DNA of 48,041 bases from Methanotrichaceae archaeon (GTDB lineage: Archaea; Halobacteriota; Methanosarcinia; Methanotrichales; Methanotrichaceae), in NCBI GenBank assembly GCA_963803145.1, contig CAWDLW010000038.1:1-48041 (forward strand). The letters run 5' to 3'. Shown here piece after piece: positions 41,501-48,041 of the stretch. Made by a program: the position numbers and the translations under genes. Each line of letters starts with the position of its first letter. The first letter of the stretch is position 1. The notes under the pieces are model-generated. The model was given only the letters and a program-made list of their open reading frames with translations. It ran no database searches and had not been told where the DNA came from.

Positions 41501-42938
41501 GAATAACGGCCAGAACATTGTTCACTTCGATAATCATGGCAACCAGGAGGCATGGGGGCTCTCTGATTGGTCGATGACCGATACAGTTCTTGATGAGCCC
41601 AATGTAAATTTGCTAACACTTTCACCCCAGACTACCACATCCACGGGATGTTTGACATCGAATCTTGAAGGATACTCCATAAATGTCAGCGGAACAGAGA
41701 TGTATATACCCAGGAAGCTTGAGGATTCTATAGCCCTGGCCTTTATCAAAGCAGGCGCAGTCAACTACGTGGGTGAGACTGCATTGTCGTGGATCTTCAT
41801 AGACGGAGATTACAGCAAGAGATTCTATCAGGCTTTGATCTTCGAGAACTCAACCGTCGGTCAGGCAGAGCTAGCCGCAGATAACCTCTATAAGATGAAG
41901 CTCAACGGCGCAGATAACATTAAGAAAAACTATAGCGAATATGATGAGACTCTGCCGGACTGGGACTTATCGATTAAGGAGATGCTCAATCAGACAGCCA
42001 TCATGACATCAATCCTTGGAGATCCCAGCTTCAGGCCTGCAATACCGAAGACCCCACCTCTGCCTTATACTACAGAGGTTAAGACAGTAGGAGCAGAAGC
42101 CAATACTTCTTCAAGCGATACAAACAAAAATAAAACGAGCCTTGAGGTGACGCTCGCACCAGTAAACGAGACAGCAACCGATTGGGTCTACTGGATCGAG
42201 ACCGACACCACCGATGGCAAGCTGAAGCTCAACGCCCAGCCTGCGCTAATCGGGGAAGTTGTACTGCCCAAAGATGCTGATAAGATTGTAGTAAAGGAGA
42301 ATGGTCTGACTGTCTGGCACGATGAGGATACCTCCGAGAACCAAAAGAGAGTAATGTGGCCCATTGTGATGCCAAGACTTGGAGAGAACAGAACATTCAG
42401 CGTAGAATATGTTCTCATTCCAGGGCAAGTTCAAGTGATAAACGTGACTGCCGGGTGGAATGCTGTATCGACATACTTGACGCCAAAGGATAAATCGATA
42501 TCAAAGTACCTCAAGAATAAACCATATAGAGGCATATTCTCAGTGAACGGTGAGGATTGGACATTTGCCATGAAAGGCTATGAGATGAAGAACGTCACAT
42601 ACTTCGAGCCAGGCGTTGGCTATCTAATAGATAGCTCAGGAAACTTCACTATTGAGCTTAGTGGAAAACCAGTGGATCTTCCCTACCGCCTGAACCTAAA
42701 TAAGGGCTGGAATATGATAGGTCTGCCTATAAACAGAACTATGGATATAAGAAATATCACAGTGAACGCAGAGCACAGGAGATACAGGTACCCCGATGCT
42801 GTTGAGAAGGGCATTATCTCGGCATTCGTCTGGGAGTATGATGGGATCGATTGGAGCCATCTTGGGGAGAACGAGACTCTGCAACCAGGGAAAGCTTACC
42901 TCGTCGAAGCAATGAACGATTGCAGACTTGAGTTCTGA
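38553..42938 (+). CDS. Large secreted protein: glycosidase-like TIM barrel, CWB2-like repeats, DUF11, peptidase C25-like domain, C-terminal GWN repeats
   Basis: CFCDYCKEQF; ASYLDWPVLFT; YLTVVGDP, AVGRI, HFDNHG, TGCLT, AGAVNYVG, ILGDP; GWNAVS and GWNMIG repeats. Confidence 0.75.
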   Translation: MRLLLVLLAIIFLSSATNAQLERGVKGNVEDVILVGADDWQASVAATPLAIWSEDNHTVARTLMILPKDVRSGDRMGWVEQSDLDTYGAASILHDFKSANVTAITIHGSGDAVKSLVDAAHKEGLKAYVTASLELPKKSDSSIKQLGTVNLGSTETASVAEKMFLGEIGLDTPILDKSQIDPSWIQVANTGTDGNGNYFCPVNPDARESLYNQIETLVEDYKVDGVVLYNIGFQNDNYCFCDYCKEQFYKDTGIDLTKVSANSYNMERWRQWKQDQVMEIVSEARNITTDLGPVKLGFALGDPFDRSLGYNYADISKAADFTLISPVSASDVKLASGMTDKPIYIRLSDSYVQYVLSAQNVEGTINYIEDLNRAGASGFAFEHNVVYTPLWSELEPPSNSARWLLQQLGGKTLGIGNISWRCDSTIKANNSADLAGKLSVRWINSSGAVIVGDNYTAGLSAASLASYLDWPVLFTGNTLPAETASALKRLKTNKVVIFGPISEQSRKNLSDLNLTLIEGNDGLILKEMEARGDKPNMIVLTNSRDLSLLPPVPTEDIKRDLVGDLLVHIDMSTNQVPSEELGETVRLNITLTNTNSTDIENIRFMDIFPSGKMLREPKPSQGTVNVTDPYTGNDINPDSAFENGSLLRWHLDKLGPGESTTLTIEAEILYPMDSGWKQRLDSGATVSYDGLVLNKTMVRKDDWPITNITYPAKMFSGVAHISWSIDRASSYTAINIYSPDSRSGLLKVKNTSQENRYTAKIPLLTPGKWIFNIEAGDGYTHRTENYTINVQSNVDPLNITAFSHTKVPRLSLVAAQVAAAHKALLVDVATAPQEIDPLNIEDSLKEKVDDLQLTPTYLTVVGDPGSLPFIATGLKQDEVPPMIFDIYRDYQIQQDDDNYTSTAVGRIMGLSVYDASQLVARTLAYDKLSGAWKNNALVISSPPLSFPQAPVAISIGDYLKNAGMNVKDLLHEEATYQQAVSQMNNGQNIVHFDNHGNQEAWGLSDWSMTDTVLDEPNVNLLTLSPQTTTSTGCLTSNLEGYSINVSGTEMYIPRKLEDSIALAFIKAGAVNYVGETALSWIFIDGDYSKRFYQALIFENSTVGQAELAADNLYKMKLNGADNIKKNYSEYDETLPDWDLSIKEMLNQTAIMTSILGDPSFRPAIPKTPPLPYTTEVKTVGAEANTSSSDTNKNKTSLEVTLAPVNETATDWVYWIETDTTDGKLKLNAQPALIGEVVLPKDADKIVVKENGLTVWHDEDTSENQKRVMWPIVMPRLGENRTFSVEYVLIPGQVQVINVTAGWNAVSTYLTPKDKSISKYLKNKPYRGIFSVNGEDWTFAMKGYEMKNVTYFEPGVGYLIDSSGNFTIELSGKPVDLPYRLNLNKGWNMIGLPINRTMDIRNITVNAEHRRYRYPDAVEKGIISAFVWEYDGIDWSHLGENETLQPGKAYLVEAMNDCRLEF

Positions 42939-42950
42939 AGGTAGAAAACC

Positions 42951-42988
42951 TTTTGATTTTACGCGATGATCATCGCGTAAAATCAAAA
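42951..42988. terminator. Perfect 38-bp palindrome between convergent genes (probable bidirectional terminator)
   Basis: TTTTGATTTTACGCGATGA|TCATCGCGTAAAATCAAAA. Confidence 0.55.
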
Positions 42989-42999
42989 AGGCTTTCCGA

Positions 43000-43911
43000 T
43001 TATCTTTTGCGCCTATAGAATTCACGCATTGATTCTCTATGCAGAGATGCCATGACATCCCCGAGGATTCCTATAAGAAACAGTTGGAAGCCTACTATTA
43101 TCAATATCGCAGTGAGGATCGTCAGGGGTATATGTTCTATTCTGCCATTGAGCCAATCCCTCACGACATAAAGGCCCGTCAAGAAGCCTGCCATTCCGAA
43201 GAGTGAACCTATCAGACCAAAATAGATCATAGGATTGTGAGTTTTCGCCATGCGATATATCGTGAGAACGATCTTTGGGCCATCTCTTATGGGTCTGAGC
43301 TTTGTGTGCGTGCCCTCTGCTCTGGGGAGGTAGGTTATAGGCACCTCGATTATGCGCAAACCCTTCTTAACGCTCTCGATTGTCATCTCCGATTCTATCT
43401 CAAAGCCAGGCGTCGAGAGATCAAGCATACGCACGCTATCGGATGTGAATGCCCTGTATCCTGAGAGGATATCTTCGAGCGGTATGCCATATATTGAGAC
43501 AAAGAAGCGGTTGATTAGCTTATTTCCTACAAGGTTGAGACGCTTAAGGGCGCCGCCACTCAGGCATCCGAACCTGTTGCCTACGACATGATCTGCTCTG
43601 CCATTCATGACTGGCTCAAGGAGATTATCGGCCTCAGAGGGAAGATAAGTTCTATCGCCATCGATTAATAAAATATATTTATCCTCGATGAGGTTGAACA
43701 CCTCTTTGAGCGCTTGGCCTTTGCCCTTTCCAGATTGGATGATCACGCGAGCGCCAGCCGCCTCAGTCCTGGATACAGTCTCATCAGTACTGTGACCATC
43801 AATCACAAGGATGTTCTCAAAGCCCAGGTCCTTGAACTCCTTTATGACCGACCCTATGGATTCCTCCTCGTTGAGGGTCGGTATCAGAACGCAGACATCT
43901 TCATAGCTCAA
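43000..43911 (-). CDS. aglJ: GT2 dolichol-phosphate glycosyltransferase, AglJ-like
   Basis: VLIPTLNEE, IDGHSTD, GKGQA, IDGDRTY, DILSGYRAF; two C-terminal TMs. Confidence 0.8.
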   Translation of the reverse strand: MSYEDVCVLIPTLNEEESIGSVIKEFKDLGFENILVIDGHSTDETVSRTEAAGARVIIQSGKGKGQALKEVFNLIEDKYILLIDGDRTYLPSEADNLLEPVMNGRADHVVGNRFGCLSGGALKRLNLVGNKLINRFFVSIYGIPLEDILSGYRAFTSDSVRMLDLSTPGFEIESEMTIESVKKGLRIIEVPITYLPRAEGTHTKLRPIRDGPKIVLTIYRMAKTHNPMIYFGLIGSLFGMAGFLTGLYVVRDWLNGRIEHIPLTILTAILIIVGFQLFLIGILGDVMASLHRESMREFYRRKR

Positions 43912-43974
43912 ACTAGTTCAGCCCATTTGTTTATAGATGATAAAAGGAGGATGACATTAAAATAGGTTTGCAGA

Positions 43975-45288
43975 TTATGCCTTCATTGCCCCCTTTATAA
44001 TACGCTCAAAACGATTTGCGAGCTCCTTAAGATCATCGCCAGTTGTCTCTATGTACAACCTCAGCAATGGCTCTGTATTTGAGGGCCTGATAAGAACACT
44101 GTAGATGTCTGTGGTGATCTTGAGGCCATCAAGAGTATCCGGGTTCATATCCGCAAGCTGCTCTTTTAGATTGAGCATCACGCCCGCCGGGTCCTCCTTT
44201 AGCCTGATGCTCTTCTGCACATAAGGATAATCTGGTATCTCATCTGCGAGCTCAGAGAGCTTTTTATCTTCTGCGAGTATCTCTCCAATAGCCAGGCTCA
44301 TTACGAATGGATCGTCAGAATACTGAAACTCGGGGAGGAAAAAATGACCGCTGCGTTCAACGCCCAGGACAGCGCCTGAGTTCTTTACAGTATTGGCGAC
44401 GAAGACGTCACCTACACGTTCGCGCTTTACTCTTATGCCATCAGGCTCAAGCTGCCGCTCGATGATCATTGAGCAGTCGAATCCGGCGATTACGAGATCA
44501 CCCGAATGATACCGCCTTCTGGCGAGAATTATGGCCACCTTCTCCGGCGGGACTATGCGGCCAAGATCATCGATAACTATACCGCGATCAGCATCAGGAT
44601 CAAAGCCTACGCCGTAATTCGCCCTGCTGCTTCTAACTAACTCTGATGCGCGCTTAAGCGATTCCTCTGTCGGAGCCGGCCCGCGGCCAGGAAATTTGCC
44701 ATCCATTTCGCCATTGAGAACTTGAGAGTCAAAGCCCATGCTATTGTAGAGAGGTCTCATAGTACAGGCCGAGCCGTTGCCCATATCCAGAACAATTTTC
44801 AGAGGGCGCTTGATATTCAGCTTCTCAGAGACATAATCCGAGTATCTGGCAATAGCATCTTCAGATCGCAGTTCAACCAAGTGCCCTTCGCCCGACCTAA
44901 AGTTGCCCTCGTTATAGAACTTCATCATCTCTGTCTCTTTATAGAGCATGCCGTAGCCATCGCCAGTCCTGAACCTGACTCCATTGTACTCCGGGGGATT
45001 ATGAGAGGCAGAGATATAGGCCGCTGCCTTGAGCGATCTCGCACAGGTGACATAACTTAGAACGGCAATTGGGATTATCCCGTAACTGTAGACTTCACAG
45101 CCTGTACTAAGAGCGCCCTCCAAAAATGCCTTCTCAAGAGATGGGCTGCTATTCCGTGTATCCCTTCCAAGCGATATGGGACTACCATCTGCATAAGAAC
45201 CAAAGGATGCGCCTACTCGCCTGACTAAATCTTCAGTGATCTCCGTGCCATAGATACCTCTAATATCGTAAGCCTTGAATGCCGTCAC
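43975..45288 (-). CDS. Phosphomannomutase/phosphoglucomutase
   Basis: FKAYDIRG, SASHNP, FDPDADR, RPSNTEP. Confidence 0.93.
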   Translation of the reverse strand: MTAFKAYDIRGIYGTEITEDLVRRVGASFGSYADGSPISLGRDTRNSSPSLEKAFLEGALSTGCEVYSYGIIPIAVLSYVTCARSLKAAAYISASHNPPEYNGVRFRTGDGYGMLYKETEMMKFYNEGNFRSGEGHLVELRSEDAIARYSDYVSEKLNIKRPLKIVLDMGNGSACTMRPLYNSMGFDSQVLNGEMDGKFPGRGPAPTEESLKRASELVRSSRANYGVGFDPDADRGIVIDDLGRIVPPEKVAIILARRRYHSGDLVIAGFDCSMIIERQLEPDGIRVKRERVGDVFVANTVKNSGAVLGVERSGHFFLPEFQYSDDPFVMSLAIGEILAEDKKLSELADEIPDYPYVQKSIRLKEDPAGVMLNLKEQLADMNPDTLDGLKITTDIYSVLIRPSNTEPLLRLYIETTGDDLKELANRFERIIKGAMKA

Positions 45289-45547
45289 AGTATGCGAATA
45301 AGATTTTCACATTTAAAATTGTTCCTGTAGGCGAATGGAGAGCACGTGTTTGAGTATATAATAATAAGACCGGCTTTATGCTACTGATTTATGCTACTGA
45401 TGTTACAAGATTAAAATCCTAATTATCCGGATTTCAGGATCGCAGTGCCCTAACTAAATCTAAGACTCACTACAATAGCTATGAAACATTTGAAACAAAG
45501 AAAAGATATTATGGCTTCAGTAGGAAGCGATACAAAGCGAGGCGGGA

Positions 45548-45835
45548 TCACTGCTTCATCAGCACAATCTCCATTGAGGATACGTTGATGTTCCTGCCCT
45601 GATCATCCGGAATGCTCTCGGTCCCTATAGTTATCCCTTGTATCATCAGGTTGGGCATGAATCTGTTTCTGGTGATCTCTGCCGTATCTACGGCGCGTGA
45701 GATGGACCTGCCCCTTGCCTTCAAAGTAACTGTGCCCACTGTTTTATTGAACTGAGTTAGAACCGCTAGCACGTAATTCATGACAGGCTTATCGCCTATA
45801 AAGACCACCGCATTATCTTCCATACCGTCACCCAA
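45548..45835 (-). CDS. albA: DNA/RNA-binding protein Alba
   Basis: FIGDKPVMNYVLAV, LKARGRSISRAVD, NVSSMEI. Confidence 0.95.
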   Translation of the reverse strand: MGDGMEDNAVVFIGDKPVMNYVLAVLTQFNKTVGTVTLKARGRSISRAVDTAEITRNRFMPNLMIQGITIGTESIPDDQGRNINVSSMEIVLMKQ

Positions 45836-45861
45836 TCACTTTAGTTTTCTTTAATAGGTTA

Positions 45862-46632
45862 TTAATCCTTTCTATCAAGGATATTTGCAAAGGCGAAGTT
45901 CTGCTTTACAGCACTTATCTTTATACGAAGTTTTTCACCTAGCTTAGCGCTCTTGACAATCACGGCAAAGCCATCAACTATTGCTATTCCATCGCCTGAT
46001 TTTCCAACAGATTCTATCTGAACATCGCGAACATCGCCTATGCGTACTGGCGCAGACAGAAGCTTCTTGGCGATAATATATATCTCAGCGCTCTCTTTTC
46101 TGGATGCAAGCGGCGAGTGTGCCTGTACGCGAGAGAATTCATGCCTGACGTCCCTGAGATAATCATTGAACATATCGCCCTGAAAAACCTTTACCAGGAA
46201 GCTGCCTCCCGGTTTCAGGAGTTTTTTCGCAATCATTAGAGCAGATCTTGCCAGATCTATGGATCGGGCATGATCTACGTCCCAAGTGCCTGATAAATTG
46301 GGAGCTGCATCGCAGATTACCACATCTGCGCTGCCGCCGATAGCATCTTTTGTCAGATTAACGGTTGATTCTTCAGTTATGTCCGCCTTGAAGGTGATCA
46401 CGCCGGGAATTGGCTCTATCTTCACCAGATCAACTCCCACAATCTTCCCGCCTGATAGCTGCTGGGCAACCTGCAGCCAGCCGCCGGGAGCCGCGCCAAG
46501 ATCGACGACAGAGTCTCCCTTTTTGATTAGATGGAACCTTTGGTTTATTTGCAGCAGCTTATAAGCAGAGCGTGCGCGGTAGCCCTCTTCCTTTGCCTTC
46601 CAGTAGTAATGATCTCTCTGATCTCTGGCCAT
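45862..46632 (-). CDS. rlmE: 23S rRNA U2552 2'-O-methyltransferase with C-terminal TRAM domain
   Basis: GYRARSAYKL, DLGAAPGGW, CDAAP, KVFQG, ASRKESAE; TRAM VGKSGDGIA. Confidence 0.95.
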   Translation of the reverse strand: MARDQRDHYYWKAKEEGYRARSAYKLLQINQRFHLIKKGDSVVDLGAAPGGWLQVAQQLSGGKIVGVDLVKIEPIPGVITFKADITEESTVNLTKDAIGGSADVVICDAAPNLSGTWDVDHARSIDLARSALMIAKKLLKPGGSFLVKVFQGDMFNDYLRDVRHEFSRVQAHSPLASRKESAEIYIIAKKLLSAPVRIGDVRDVQIESVGKSGDGIAIVDGFAVIVKSAKLGEKLRIKISAVKQNFAFANILDRKD

Positions 46633-46740
46633 CCTTTATAGCAGGGCATATAAGGAATATAGCTTTGGCCCCGGCGAAGGCATTGTGACTTTCTCCCCGG
46701 CATTTAGGCCGGGGTTTTCTTGGCCCATACACCCCATATC

Positions 46741-46748
46741 TATAAATA
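46741..46748 (+). promoter_or_regulatory. TATA box of rnpB
   Basis: TATAAATA about 25 bp upstream of the RNase P RNA 5' end. Confidence 0.6.
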
Positions 46749-46770
46749 TCGTGAAACAAAGTAGCAGCAG

Positions 46771-47076
46771 ACGAGAGAGGAAGGGCGGCCGCCGCTGGCC
46801 TTTTGAGGTCGGTGTGGAAAGTCCCCCCACCTCTGGACGCACAGACATCCCAACGGATGTGGGGCGAGAGCTCCGGCTCTGGCACAGAAACGATACCGCT
46901 CGACGCTAATGCGATGATGCTGCAAGGCTGAGGTCACGTCGAAAGCGGATGAAACGGCGAAACCCTGTGGGTGCAAGCCAAAATAGAGCAAAATAGTTTG
47001 GTTGTCCAGCCAAGCTCGGGTATGGCGCTAAGCTAAATGCCGCCGAAACAGAAGGGGGCTTACTCTCCTCACTCGT
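46771..47076 (+). ncRNA. rnpB: Archaeal RNase P RNA (type A)
   Basis: GGAAAGTCC (CR-I), ACAGAAA, TGAAACG, GTGCAAG, AAACAGAAGGGGGCTTAC (CR-V); P1 pairing ACGAG..GAGG with CCTC..CTCGT. Confidence 0.93.
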
Positions 47077-47334
47077 TTAATATTGCTGATTTGTATATAA
47101 TTATAGATGGATATCCTCTTCAAATTAAGAAATTGTTCATTTTGTCCTCATCAACTATATCGCCTATGTTTCCAGAAACTTTCCCCGAAGAGGGGTGAGG
47201 GTGTTATTTTTTCAAGCCGCTATCCGCAGGCGGAATCCGTAAGTGATGTAATTGCTGTTAGCCTGAGAACTCATTGCAGCAGTATGCAAAAACAAACTGC
47301 TAACTTTCTGGGGTGCTATGGGTCTGTGGATCTC

Positions 47335-47405
47335 GCGCGCTAATGGTTAACGGGGCGCGCTCAGTCGCCGCGCAGGCTGCTCGTGGGGCCTCTTCGGGGG
47401 AATGT
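47335..47405. repeat. Hairpin repeat family copy E
   Basis: CGCGCTAATGGTTAACGGGGCGCGCTCAGTCGCCGCGCAGGCT matches the reverse complement of copies A/B and the core of C/D. Confidence 0.75.
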
Positions 47406-47492
47406 TTTGGAAAATGTATGAAATAAGGTTGAAGAGCATATGATGATTTGAGATTATGCTCGCTATTTTCAACGTTATACCATATCGCGCCA

Positions 47493-48041
47493 TTATTTCT
47501 CGTTCTCATGAAGCGCTACCCTGGCAACCAATCGAGCCACGCGCACAGGCTCAGGAATTCTGCCATCAAAGGTGAACTTATTGATCATAACCTCGGCATC
47601 TTCAGAAGGGATGCCGAGAGTTCGCACATAGACCTCGTAGCCAGTCTTTAGCATTATTTGCTGGCGAGACCCCAGTCGTTCGTAGCTCTGAAGCTTCTCA
47701 TTCATTATCAGGGAAATACTCCCGGATATATTTCTCAAGACTGGTGACTCCTCATATGTCAGGCAGACCACAGGCTTCTCTGTTCTTTCGAAGACCTCCT
47801 TAAAGGCTATGAGTTGACCAGCTTATCACAGCGCCACTCAAGAGGATCGCATTCAGGTCTGCGCGATCAAGTTCCTCATATATATTTAGAACTGCGCGAG
47901 TAGCATCATCGCCACCAACTGTTGCGCTTGCTAGAGCTAATCCATCGATTCTGAGGTCTGCCCGCATGACCACGCCGGCGAAACGAGTACAGGCATCGTA
48001 CGCACAAAGCTCTCTGCTATGCCGAGCACACGCAAAGCGGG
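47493..48041 (-). pseudogene. DUF99 (endonuclease V-like) gene, 5'-truncated, with several frameshifts
   Basis: LRVLGIAESF / AGVVMRADLRIDG..TVGGDDAT..LLSGAVISW / PVVCLTYEES / LEKYIREYFPD / GRIPEPVRVARLVA spread across frames. Confidence 0.8.

Noticed and set aside
45375-45400. 13-bp tandem duplication TTTATGCTACTGA
   Set aside because: Two copies only; most likely slippage.
46559-46991. Several overlapping ORFs in the track
   Set aside because: Shadows of the RNase P RNA and the divergent promoter region.

Overview
Archaeal chromosomal window, most consistent with a Methanotrichaceae/Methanosarcinales methanogen (inferred from a type A archaeal RNase P RNA, Alba, an aglJ-like glycosyltransferase, TRAM-fused RlmE, DUF99, and many secreted TPR/surface proteins). 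About 1-33 kb is largely accessory. It holds IS630, IS5, an IS3 remnant and an IS200/IS605-like MITE, many intact and decayed toxin-antitoxin genes, three tandem amidinotransferase (pentein) paralogs with a membrane protein and a nearby secreted amidohydrolase, and a GH5 hydrolase. It also holds an AT-rich island with a two-gene candidate defence system (a 987-aa degenerate P-loop/helical-repeat/TM protein coupled to a PNP/nucleosidase effector) and a lone PD-(D/E)xK nuclease. A dispersed GC-rich hairpin repeat with covarying stems (5-6 copies) brackets several accessory blocks. About 33-48 kb is mostly core: a radical SAM pair, DUF2240, a large secreted C25-peptidase/glycosidase-like surface protein operon, aglJ, PMM/PGM, albA, rlmE, rnpB and a frameshifted DUF99. 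All family calls come from motif recognition by eye; no searches were run.
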